From: an uncultured virus (IMG/VR IMGVR_UViG_3300017749_000006) | Lineage: Duplodnaviria > Heunggongvirae > Uroviricota > Caudoviricetes | Virus record (IMG/VR): IMGVR_UViG_3300017749_000006 | Strand: one strand, 5' to 3' | DNA length: 20,000 bases | Shown: positions 8,499 to 17,289 of the stretch, piece by piece | Layout of the letters: the number at the start of each line of letters is the position of its first letter | Numbering within the stretch: the stretch's first letter is position 1 | The notes under the pieces: generated by a model | The model's database searches: none | What the model was told of the DNA's origin: nothing | Seen by the model: only the letters and a program-made list of their open reading frames with translations | Position numbers and translations under genes: made by a program

Positions 8499-9944
8499 AG
8501 CCTTCACCTTTTCTGCTTCGCTGACTGTCTCACGGTCTGAATGACTTATAACACTTGCTACTATTTCTTCCGGTTTTTCTATTCTTTTAACAGAATCAAT
8601 AGTTGCTCTAGGATAAGCCGGCCTATATACAATCGCCAAATGGTCGAATGTAAAATCTTCTCCGAAGACTATGCCATCTTCACTAGCAGATACAGGAATG
8701 CCCGACCCGCCAATGCTAACACCGTAATCGTCTTGCGACCACAGACCGGACTCTAAAGATGGGAATAATTCATTTCTTGTAACATGTGCTACATATCTTA
8801 CTTCATAACCGCCACCTATAGTAGCATGATAAGAAGCAGTAATAATCTTACCTACGTTTGCTTCGTCTACGCCGCCATCTGTATTGCGTGTAAATCCTGC
8901 ACCCTTTTCATTTGCTTCGGGATGATTAAGTGTAACATCTGCACCTTTCATTTGATGTATTAGGTTTCTAGCACCTTCGGGTGTTAATGACCATTTGTTT
9001 TTATTCATACCTTCATGGAAAGCGACACCTCTAATTTCTATAACTGTTTCTCCTGTAGATGCTTCTACTATAGCAGATACTTCACCAATATCTAAATCTA
9101 TTGTTACTGCTATCTTTTTACATTCTCCGTCAATTAGTTCTTCGCCTATACCACATTCAGAAGCGTATTTCTTTTTCTTTTTATTGTGATAAGAAGCATC
9201 ATGGTCTTCTTCATCATGTGGTTCTTCTTGGTCTTTAAATGTATGACCTTCGTGTGCTTTCATACATTCATCTTCTGAATATCCTGCCGCTTGACATCGT
9301 GACATATATTCGTCATGAGTCTCACTAGATTTTGGTTTTGGTTCTGCCGCTTGTTTTAAAGCCTTGTCCATTGTTGGTTTTTTCATCTTGGCTTCCATAC
9401 ACTCACCTTCTTCGGCGCATTTTGCTTGTGCCATACAAGAAGCACAAACATCGTAATCCGCTTCTGCTTTTTTCTTTATAGGAATGCAATTAGGAACTTT
9501 ACGTCCATTTTTCATTTTCATACCGTATTGTTCATAGCCGGAAGTACATGGGTCATCTGCGTCTTTTGCTTCTACATCTTCTTCGCATCCACAACCACAT
9601 GGCGCTTCTGCTTCTACTTTCTTTGTACCTCTCCATTGTCGGCAAGACCAATATCTTGCTTTCCACTTTGGGCCGGGAGTGTCACACTTATGACGAGAAC
9701 GGAATGATTTTCTTCTAGAAGGGTCATCTCTTTTGATTTCCATGTTAGGGTCGCCAAATCTTACTATGACTACTTTACCGCTACCATTTTTTGTATATAC
9801 TCCAAATTTTTTAGATTCTCCTTTTGTTCTGAAAGGTTTATTGAGTGTTACTTTACGACCTTGATATTCTGCGGCAGATACATTTTCTTCTTCCCAATCT
9901 TCATAGGCTATTACTTCACCACTACAACCGCATCCGCAAGACAT
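8019..9944 (-). CDS. Prohead protease-scaffold fusion with a long N-terminal multi-minidomain extension (641 aa)
   Basis: Protease-like core IRGVAFHEG...VTLNH...GVSIG...FDHLAIVYRPAY (about 8570-9050) and a C-terminal acidic coiled coil. Start placed at MSCGCGC because CTTAATAAA lies about 22-31 nt upstream. Confidence 0.8.
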   Translation of the reverse strand: MSCGCGCSGEVIAYEDWEEENVSAAEYQGRKVTLNKPFRTKGESKKFGVYTKNGSGKVVIVRFGDPNMEIKRDDPSRRKSFRSRHKCDTPGPKWKARYWSCRQWRGTKKVEAEAPCGCGCEEDVEAKDADDPCTSGYEQYGMKMKNGRKVPNCIPIKKKAEADYDVCASCMAQAKCAEEGECMEAKMKKPTMDKALKQAAEPKPKSSETHDEYMSRCQAAGYSEDECMKAHEGHTFKDQEEPHDEEDHDASYHNKKKKKYASECGIGEELIDGECKKIAVTIDLDIGEVSAIVEASTGETVIEIRGVAFHEGMNKNKWSLTPEGARNLIHQMKGADVTLNHPEANEKGAGFTRNTDGGVDEANVGKIITASYHATIGGGYEVRYVAHVTRNELFPSLESGLWSQDDYGVSIGGSGIPVSASEDGIVFGEDFTFDHLAIVYRPAYPRATIDSVKRIEKPEEIVASVISHSDRETVSEAEKVKAMTEETENTEIDYAAEIEALKADLVMANSRVNEFEAIESQRIEDERIALVSKASEMGMSGHDDLKADTLTTLIASWEASHPVEEPKVMDEVKSEPVVASETPTKSTSVVANYLNGKMVESDEELYSRCWNAWANAWNGTLSIDERSAMKAPKYNEIKEMN

Positions 9945-9975
9945 GAACTGTTCAGACATTTGGTGTTTTATTAAG

Positions 9976-10098
9976 TTATCTTTTTTTCCACCATAAGATA
10001 ATTTCATCATATATTATAATAGGAAAGTAAACTATAAGTAAAGCAAAAACTCCTAGACATAGAGTAAAATAGTCTTTATATGTTAGGATTGTAACCAC
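9976..10098 (-). CDS. Putative 40-aa membrane protein; not in the ORF track
   Basis: GTG start, (M)VTILTYKDYFTLCLGVFALLIVYFPIIIYDEIILWWKKR*. Hydrophobic core with a basic tail; overlaps the end of the upstream gene. Confidence 0.5.
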   Translation of the reverse strand: MVTILTYKDYFTLCLGVFALLIVYFPIIIYDEIILWWKKR

Positions 10099-10241
10099 TC
10101 CCAAAACTGCCAAAGTATTGCTAATAAAGAGGCTAAACTAATTAAAAGCATACGCACATTACCTACAAGGCTATCTAAGTCTTCCACGCAACTATCAAGT
10201 TCTTGGATGACGTTTTCTTCTTCATCGTTGTCACTATTCAC
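10083..10241 (-). CDS. Small coiled-coil protein with a C-terminal transmembrane helix (about 52 aa)
   Basis: Probable GTG start; acidic heptads followed by MLLISLASLLAILWQFWEWL. Confidence 0.6.
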   Translation of the reverse strand: MNSDNDEEENVIQELDSCVEDLDSLVGNVRMLLISLASLLAILWQFWEWLQS

Positions 10242-10272
10242 ACATATACATGGTCGGAGTGTCTTAGAAATA

Positions 10273-10728
10273 TTACTTTTTCTTACCCGTTTTACCGTTA
10301 GTTTCATCGAAGTCTGCGTACTCAAGCGCCCTGTCGCCTATTTTAGCGGTTGTATTAAACTCATCCATAGCCAATTCGTGCTTTTGTTTTAATGCTTCCA
10401 TATTTAAGTCGTGTTTAATTTTATGTTCTTCTAACATTCTTACATGAGACTTTTCTGCTTCTGTAGCATTTACACCTGCCTGTAGTTCTTCCGGTAGTAT
10501 GTTAATCTTAGCAGTTTCTTTACCCTTGAATAAATCTAGTACGTTTGTTATAATCAAAAGTGCCGGCCCACCAAGTAGACCTATTACCGTTAATTGTGAA
10601 TCTGATATATCTCTTTGTTCTACTATGCTAAAGTATGATGCAGTAGCGGCTATGACTACCCAAGCCATAACTACTCCTAAACCAAACACTAGCATTAACT
10701 TATCGTTAGGGCCGCTAGTTTGTGACAT
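10273..10728 (-). CDS. Two-TM membrane protein with a C-terminal coiled coil (holin-like topology), 151 aa
   Basis: Two hydrophobic helices and a charged tail. TATA-like TTGATAAA lies about 23-30 nt upstream of MSQTSG. Confidence 0.65.
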   Translation of the reverse strand: MSQTSGPNDKLMLVFGLGVVMAWVVIAATASYFSIVEQRDISDSQLTVIGLLGGPALLIITNVLDLFKGKETAKINILPEELQAGVNATEAEKSHVRMLEEHKIKHDLNMEALKQKHELAMDEFNTTAKIGDRALEYADFDETNGKTGKKK

Positions 10729-10754
10729 GATTAATAAATGTAGTGGATGATTTA

Positions 10755-12140
10755 TCAATCTTGTGCAACATCGGATGCACCGTCTTGGCTATTTTCTCTA
10801 GGAAGGTTTGTGGGTTTAGGTGCTTCTATATTTTTTCTTTCATCTCCATCTTTAGCGGGAGGTAGATTTAGCATATCTAAACTTTGATTTAATGTTAGAA
10901 GACCCGCTTCATACCCCATAGTTACTCTCTGCATAACATTTAGTGGGGTAGCACTATCCATTGTATCAAATTCTATTTTAGGTAAATCTGCTTTTTTATG
11001 TTCTATACCAAGTAAAGTAAGATGTAAAGAAAATAATTGAGCGCAAGTTTGTTCTAAAACTCGGTGCATACGGCTAATTGCTTGTACGGCCCACATATTA
11101 GCGTTAAATGTTGCCGCAAACGTAGAACCTTTTTCTTGACCGGATGCTACTCTTGGAACTTGTAGAACTGCGGCAATATCAGCATTGATACTATCTAAAA
11201 AGTCACTACTATTAGGAAGTGCATTTTCTAAATCAACGTGATGTATTTGTACATAATGAGGAAGTACAGGCATTTGGTCGCCTCTTAACCCTTCAAACAA
11301 AGATATAACTTCTGACATAATATTCTGTAAACGGTCATGTTGTTCAGCAGGGTCTATTATATGCTCTATAGCAGATTTATCAATAGTAATATATTGTTTA
11401 GTCATACTGTCTTCAAGAGCAATACGATTATTCATAGAGTTATACTTCATACGAATTGCTTGCTTAAGAGCAGAAAAACGGGAAGCACCCCATACCCCAA
11501 AAGTGTGACGACCCTTATTATCTACAAACCAATTACTTCTATAGTCTACTTTAATATGTAATATCTCATCTACAGATATTGCTTTTTCATATGGACTTGC
11601 CTCACGTAACATATATGTAACAGGCTCTATGACAGGGTTTTCTCGGTTTGCTACAAAGTAAGAGCCTAGTCCGCCTCTACTATCTACTATATTTATTTGT
11701 ACTATAGGTAAATTTTGCAGTTTAGTTATACCTACTCCTGCTTTTCCTACTATCTTATTAATATCATTACCGTATACCATAAGGTTTCTCATAGCATTAA
11801 TCATAATGTCATCAAAATCAAGAGTTTCATCTACTAAGTCTTTTATAGCATTTCTAATAGCGCCATTTTTAGCCTTGTCATAATTAATTTCAAAATTGTT
11901 GGCAGTTAATGATACTGCACGTACCGCACCATTAAGTTCGGGGTCAAGTTTTAGCATAAGGTCATACATGTCAAATTCGTTATCATAATTACTATCTTTA
12001 TTCAATCTTTCCGTATCACGAACTAAATCGGGTATGCCCGCTACCATCTTTAAACTTTTATTTGATGGTACTCTTGTGGCTTTGGCCGGCACTTCTTTAT
12101 TTCTGCCGAACATTCTATCCACTAAACTCCTCTCCGCCAT
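10755..12140 (-). CDS. Portal protein (461 aa)
   Basis: Size, first position in the head operon, and portal-like motifs (LMVYGND, EILHIK, IAAVLQVP). Confidence 0.8.
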   Translation of the reverse strand: MAERSLVDRMFGRNKEVPAKATRVPSNKSLKMVAGIPDLVRDTERLNKDSNYDNEFDMYDLMLKLDPELNGAVRAVSLTANNFEINYDKAKNGAIRNAIKDLVDETLDFDDIMINAMRNLMVYGNDINKIVGKAGVGITKLQNLPIVQINIVDSRGGLGSYFVANRENPVIEPVTYMLREASPYEKAISVDEILHIKVDYRSNWFVDNKGRHTFGVWGASRFSALKQAIRMKYNSMNNRIALEDSMTKQYITIDKSAIEHIIDPAEQHDRLQNIMSEVISLFEGLRGDQMPVLPHYVQIHHVDLENALPNSSDFLDSINADIAAVLQVPRVASGQEKGSTFAATFNANMWAVQAISRMHRVLEQTCAQLFSLHLTLLGIEHKKADLPKIEFDTMDSATPLNVMQRVTMGYEAGLLTLNQSLDMLNLPPAKDGDERKNIEAPKPTNLPRENSQDGASDVAQD

Positions 12141-12208
12141 AGTATTAAAACATATAGGTGTTCCATAAACCTTTCTGTTTATTCTTTTTGTTGTTTTTTC
12201 GTTTTTTA

Positions 12209-12360
12209 AAAAGAATTAATCGTTATACTGCGCCTTTTTTCGTTAATTCTTTTATTTCTTCTATTATGTTTGAAAATTTTAAAGGGGGGTTTCTAAAAAA
12301 TACTATTGAATTAATTAAAGAATTAATATAATCGTTATACTGCGTAGTATTAATTCTTTT
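12209..12360. repeat. Two copies of an inverted-repeat element AAAGAATTAA-N23-TTAATTCTTT, each containing AATCGTTATACTGCG
   Basis: Copy 1 arms at 12210-12219 and 12243-12252; copy 2 arms at 12317-12326 and 12350-12359. The 15-mer is at 12218-12232 and 12330-12344. Confidence 0.85.
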
Positions 12361-12433
12361 TGTGGTATAAAAATCTACAAAATTAATTCATGAAAACACA
12401 ATGTTTATAGGGAATGGGTGCTTGGTTTATTGC

Positions 12434-13873
12434 ATGGGGAAGGCTACAACACGACAGATGTGGGCAAAACTTGAGCAATATATAAAGGAACATAACTTTA
12501 AATCTGATATGGATTTTGCTAGGTTTTTAAATGAGACAGAAAAAGACTCTAATAGAGGAGTGCAAGCATGGAGGGGAGTAGTGCAAAGATGGAGATATGC
12601 AAATCCACAGATACACTATAATACATGGAGTAAAGATACTTCAGATACTAAAATGGTTAATCATTATTTTGATGAAAAAGCAGATAAGTATGTATTTCAT
12701 ATAAATAAAGAGATGACGGTAGTAACGGGAGAAACACACAGGGCTATGAAAAGAGCGTATAGTAGTACAGGCGGTGGTTTGACAATAGAACAAATGGCTC
12801 AAAAATTTAAGTTATCTCCTAGTTTTATAGCGGCGTATGTCAAAGTTAATTCTTGGAGTCATGCTATGGATGCTTTTACCGATGAAGAAGTACGAAAACA
12901 AACAGAAGAAGAGTTAGTAGCAGATGCTATTAGAATTAAAAGACAAAGTGTACAAGAAAAGGTACATAAAAAATATTGGGCTGATATGCGTAAAACCGCA
13001 GAAAAACTTATCCATATAGAACACGAATGGGGTAATGAGTTTAAGGAAATTATTTCCAAAGAAAATCTTGCTCCTAAAAAAATTAAACACACTAAAATGG
13101 CTAAAACCAAATCATACGCCGTTGTCTTGTCTCCTACAGACTTACATTATGGTAAGGGTTCTTGGATTGATGAAACAGGTGAGTCTTATACATTAGAAGA
13201 AGCACGTTTTAGACTTCTTGACAGAACTGAAAATTTAATCAGTAGATTAGCAGGTAGACCCGAAAAAATTATTATTGCTACAGGTAGTGATTGGTTTCAC
13301 GTAGATAACGAACAGGGTACTACTACGGCAGGTACACCACAAGATTTAGCGGCTTCCCCTGCACAAATTCTTGTAGATGGTTGTAAATTAGCAAGAGAGC
13401 ATATAGATATGCTACGAACAGTAGCGCCTATAGAAGTAGTATTTATGCGTGGTAATCATGATAGACATACTGCTTTAGCACTTATGTTATACCTAGATGC
13501 GGCATATGAAAACACAAAAGATGTTACAATAACTGTTAGCCCTAAACTTCGACAATATATTAAGTGGGGTAATAATTTACTAGGCTTTACACACGGAGAT
13601 GGTGTAAGAGGTAACGACCTTCCTGCTATTATGGCAACAGAAGAAAGAGAAGGTTGGGGTAAACATGAACACCACGTTTGGTTTCATGGGCATTTACATC
13701 ACCAACGTTTATTAGAAACTAGCGGAGTTACAATAATACAGTTACCTAGTTTAGCGGGTCATGATAGATACCATTACAGAAAAGGTTTTGTTTTGGCTAG
13801 AGCAGGTATATCTGCCCATTTAATAGATAAAGAATTAGGTTTAGTAGGTAATTTGTTTGCTCCGGTGATATAA
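12434..13873 (+). CDS. Calcineurin-like metallophosphoesterase with an N-terminal helical/HTH-like region
   Basis: Motifs DLHYG, GSDWFH, GNHD, HGD and HGHLH. TTTATAG at 12404-12410 supports the start at 12434. Confidence 0.85.
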   Translation: MGKATTRQMWAKLEQYIKEHNFKSDMDFARFLNETEKDSNRGVQAWRGVVQRWRYANPQIHYNTWSKDTSDTKMVNHYFDEKADKYVFHINKEMTVVTGETHRAMKRAYSSTGGGLTIEQMAQKFKLSPSFIAAYVKVNSWSHAMDAFTDEEVRKQTEEELVADAIRIKRQSVQEKVHKKYWADMRKTAEKLIHIEHEWGNEFKEIISKENLAPKKIKHTKMAKTKSYAVVLSPTDLHYGKGSWIDETGESYTLEEARFRLLDRTENLISRLAGRPEKIIIATGSDWFHVDNEQGTTTAGTPQDLAASPAQILVDGCKLAREHIDMLRTVAPIEVVFMRGNHDRHTALALMLYLDAAYENTKDVTITVSPKLRQYIKWGNNLLGFTHGDGVRGNDLPAIMATEEREGWGKHEHHVWFHGHLHHQRLLETSGVTIIQLPSLAGHDRYHYRKGFVLARAGISAHLIDKELGLVGNLFAPVI

Positions 13874-13989
13874 TGTGGACTCAAGCAAAATGTGATTCGT
13901 GTGGATGGGTGGCTAAGAATATTATGACGGCTATAGCAGAAAGTGGTGAATGTCCTTATTGTGGAGAAAATAAATTGAGGCCATTATAA
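13873..13989 (+). CDS. 38-aa CPxCG-type zinc-finger microprotein; not in the ORF track
   Basis: MWTQAKCDSCGWVAKNIMTAIAESGECPYCGENKLRPL*, with TAATG overlaps at both ends. Confidence 0.85.
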   Translation: MWTQAKCDSCGWVAKNIMTAIAESGECPYCGENKLRPL

Positions 13990-15497
13990 TGTCTAAGTTT
14001 AATACTGATTTTTCTATGGCTAGGTCAAGGAATGATGTAGAATACTTTTATAAGTGGCTCGGTTACACATGGGGAAATCACATCGGTGAATGGATGGACA
14101 TGTATGGAACAAGAGGAGATGTACAAGTTCATAGGGTTTGCGTTATTGCTCCGCGTGACCATAGTAAATCAACTACTTTACGCGTTAAATTACTTCACCA
14201 ATGTTTGTTTGAAAAATGGCGAGACAAGGCTTTTACGTGTTGGTTATTTTCCGCGAGCAAAGATTTAGCAGTTAGGAGATTAGAAGAAATACGAGATGAT
14301 ATGAAGCGTCATCCACAATTAAGTAAATACTTAGATACAAGGAGGGGAAATAAACTTGAGTTACGTTTTACAAATGGCGCTTGGATACGTGCAACCTCGG
14401 TGGGTAGCGCTATTCGTGGAGAACACCCCGCTTGTATTGCTTTTGATGATGTCTTAGATGATAGTGGAGATAATGCTTCTTTTGCTAATACTGCTCAATG
14501 GTTTAGAAAGAAAGTAACACCTATGTTGTCGCCGGGAACTTCTATTTATTGTGTAGGTACTCCTATGTCTATGGTAGACTTGTATCATACAGAAATGTTA
14601 GAAAACCCTGCTTGGAAATCGGGTACATGGAGTGCGGTATTAAATTGGGATGAATATAAGATAGACCCCACTAATGTAACACCTATAGAATTATGGCCGG
14701 AATATAGACCTATAGATTTCTTGTTAGAACAGAAACAGGCTATGGGAGAATTGTCTTTTATCCAAGAGTATATGTGTAAAGTTATTGATGACGAGGCTAG
14801 TGTATTTCCTAGAGCATTAACTAGAAAGAATTTACAATTAGAACGAACAATGGAGACAGAAAGAGATGACAAACATAGATACGCTATTGGTTTTGACCCT
14901 GCTCATGGTTTAGGTCAAGACTACAGTGTTATGGTATGCCTAAAGCAAGATGATGACGGCTTTATCCACTTGGTAGATATGTGGCGTAGAAATGATTTCC
15001 CACCGGACAAGCAAGCAAACATGATAATAGAATGGAGTAAAAGATATGGTACGCCACCATTTGCTATTGAAAGTGTTGGTTTTCAAAATTTGTATGAGAG
15101 TTTAATTAGTACAAAGGGGGCAGTAATAGATTATCGTGAAAGTAAGGTTAGCAACAAAACATTAAAACAAGGTTTGATGAATAGGCTACGTGTGTGGTTT
15201 GAGAGAGAGTTAGTTTACTTACCATACGGTAATGATGAAACTAGAAAACAAATCAACATATTATTAGAAGAATTAGAAAGTCACGCATGGAGAAATGGGG
15301 AAATACAAGACTTAGGTAGACATAACGACTGTGTAATGGCTCTCGCTCATGCTATAGACCAATTTTCTTATAAACAACCGGATTTTCCTGCTATATTTAG
15401 AACAATGAAGAAAGGTGAATGGACAGGTGGGGAATATAAAGTAAATCGCGGTACACAAAAAGGTTATGGTGGCCGTGTAATAAGGAGGAGAAGATAA
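13989..15497 (+). CDS. terL: Terminase large subunit
   Basis: Walker A-like APRDHSKST, Walker B CIAFDD, coupling motif VGTP, RNase H-like nuclease IGFDPA and HNDCVMALA. Confidence 0.95.
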   Translation: MSKFNTDFSMARSRNDVEYFYKWLGYTWGNHIGEWMDMYGTRGDVQVHRVCVIAPRDHSKSTTLRVKLLHQCLFEKWRDKAFTCWLFSASKDLAVRRLEEIRDDMKRHPQLSKYLDTRRGNKLELRFTNGAWIRATSVGSAIRGEHPACIAFDDVLDDSGDNASFANTAQWFRKKVTPMLSPGTSIYCVGTPMSMVDLYHTEMLENPAWKSGTWSAVLNWDEYKIDPTNVTPIELWPEYRPIDFLLEQKQAMGELSFIQEYMCKVIDDEASVFPRALTRKNLQLERTMETERDDKHRYAIGFDPAHGLGQDYSVMVCLKQDDDGFIHLVDMWRRNDFPPDKQANMIIEWSKRYGTPPFAIESVGFQNLYESLISTKGAVIDYRESKVSNKTLKQGLMNRLRVWFERELVYLPYGNDETRKQINILLEELESHAWRNGEIQDLGRHNDCVMALAHAIDQFSYKQPDFPAIFRTMKKGEWTGGEYKVNRGTQKGYGGRVIRRRR

Positions 15498-15850
15498 TGC
15501 CTAGAGGAAGAAATGCTAACCCTAGTAGAAGAAGATACAAATACGCTACAAGTCTTGAAAAAAATGCTTTTTGGACTAAGCCCGTAGCAGAAGGCGTAAA
15601 AAAACCCGGCCCTAAGAAACGTCACCTTGTTTACAAAGAATATATTGATGAAGTTCTGAATAGTCCTTTTCTTGACGTTTGGAGAACGGGTAATGAAATT
15701 GCCACACAAGCAACAAAGAAAGTAAGTAAATATTGGACTCCTATTAGTGTATATGTAGTAAGTAACTATATACGAATCTATGTGAAAGAAGGTAAAATCC
15801 TCAAGCGCAAACCCAATACAATTAGTAATTACGAGTACAAACGTGTATAA
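15497..15850 (+). CDS. Basic hypothetical protein, possible winged-helix DNA-binding protein (117 aa)
   Basis: TAATG-coupled to terL, very K/R-rich, with a helix-helix-strand C-terminus. Confidence 0.65.
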   Translation: MPRGRNANPSRRRYKYATSLEKNAFWTKPVAEGVKKPGPKKRHLVYKEYIDEVLNSPFLDVWRTGNEIATQATKKVSKYWTPISVYVVSNYIRIYVKEGKILKRKPNTISNYEYKRV

Positions 15851-16090
15851 ACTTATTTTGAAAAAAAATAAAAAAAATTTTGAGAAGTGGTAGCCATAGG
15901 ATAATGTGGGCGCATCGTGATTTATGGCAAGCGTAAACGGTCAAAAAGCGGGTAAGCCCCTATGAAGGGCGTATAAGCGGCGTGTGTGGCTACGTTTATA
16001 CAGTTTAGATTCATACCTACCACTCCCCAATCACAAACGGAGATAGAGGCGTTTAAACGAGTTTATTTTTTTTGAGTCGAATTTGAAAAT

Positions 16091-16121
16091 AAAAAAAGGG
16101 GAGGCCATTTCTGACCCCCCC
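16091..16121 (-). terminator. GC hairpin (GAAA loop) plus T7 run
   Basis: Minus strand GGGGGGGTCA-GAAA-TGGCCTCCCC-TTTTTTT; two G-U pairs form only on this strand. Confidence 0.75.
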
Positions 16122-16139
16122 GATTTGGTTATGTGTTGC

Positions 16140-16955
16140 TCAATTGTTGGTTGATGACTTTACTTCAAAGTCAAGATGCTTGAGTGATGTGTACTTGACA
16201 ACATCGGAGTACATTGGGTCATTGATGAAAGCAATATCCGCACATCTTACGGAGATATAACCGTCGTATGGTCGGTATGCGAAATATACGAAACAATCTC
16301 GCCATACTGCCGCTTTTCCGCCGCGTGTTGAATTTGCGATAGTGGCCTTGATTTCTTCTTGTCCTTCTTCCACACCTAGTTCAATTAGTGTATCTAATGC
16401 GTTCTGAGCAGTTACACCGGAATATTGAAGTTTCTGGGTTTTCTTACCTGTTTTTGATGAATTTTGATACCCTGCTCTCATAGTTACAGTAAGGATTGAT
16501 TCCGGCATATGTGCATCAATTCCTATTTCTTTAGGCATTAATCTTTCACCGAGTACAGTGAATTTTCCGGTATAATTTGTAGTCTCTCCGGCTCTATTAA
16601 CCCACATTCCAGAGTAAGAACCACATAGGCGGCATTCATCCGAATTAATAGGGAAATATCCATCATCACAAGATAGGCACTTTTGTCTTAATGCTTCGTG
16701 ATTTTCTACGTTTTTATCAACGGTTGTGTTACTGTAAATATTTCTGATTTGTTTAGTATTGATTTGAACTGGTACTGGTCCGAGACTGGCTAAATAAGAC
16801 GTATCAAGTAATACTACTTTTTGAGATATTGAAGGGTATGAATAACCCTCTCGGCGCAAAACTTGAGCAGTTTTACGATGTTGGCTTATGATGTCCTCAG
16901 CATCATAAACGGCATCTTCTTGTAGGCTTCTAATAGAAACATATGTGTTCTCCAT
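16140..16955 (-). CDS. Hypothetical protein with a central Zn ribbon (CLSC...CRLC), 271 aa
   Basis: ORF track entry; TATA-like TTGATATAG at 16976-16984; own downstream hairpin. Confidence 0.75.
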   Translation of the reverse strand: MENTYVSIRSLQEDAVYDAEDIISQHRKTAQVLRREGYSYPSISQKVVLLDTSYLASLGPVPVQINTKQIRNIYSNTTVDKNVENHEALRQKCLSCDDGYFPINSDECRLCGSYSGMWVNRAGETTNYTGKFTVLGERLMPKEIGIDAHMPESILTVTMRAGYQNSSKTGKKTQKLQYSGVTAQNALDTLIELGVEEGQEEIKATIANSTRGGKAAVWRDCFVYFAYRPYDGYISVRCADIAFINDPMYSDVVKYTSLKHLDFEVKSSTNN

Positions 16956-17259
16956 GACTCTACGACATAGAGTAACTATATCAATACTTCTACAAATTTG
17001 TATAATTTAGGGGGTTTATTTGTAGTAATATACTATAACGATAATTTTTATTTGTAGTAGGTGTTATTTATTACACCTAATTACTTTTTAACACCATCTA
17101 CTACAAATTTGTGGTAGACATACAAAAATAAAAAAAAAGACAAAAAAGGAAAAGTAAAAAAACCTACTACAAATAAAAAAGTAAAAATAGAAAAACCCTA
17201 CTACAAATAAAAAGGTAAAAATAAAAAAACATCTACTACAAATAAAAGTAAAGACCTCT

Positions 17260-17287
17260 AAAAAAAAGAGAGGGCCGAAGCCCCCTC
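17260..17287 (-). terminator. GC hairpin with cUUCGg tetraloop plus T8 run
   Basis: Minus strand GAGGGGGC-TTCG-GCCCTCTC-TTTTTTTT, 2 nt after the stop at 17290. Confidence 0.8.
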
Positions 17288-17289
17288 GA

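Noticed and set aside
6289..11561. Plus-strand ORFs within the head module (6289, 6972, 7419, 8541, 8995, 9426, 10207, 10499, 11337)
   Set aside because: They lie opposite well-supported structural genes and have no start signals or protein-like features.
12859..15709. ORFs 12859-13110, 14086-14268, 14585-14872 and 15464-15709
   Set aside because: Antisense or out-of-frame overlaps with the phosphoesterase/terL operon.
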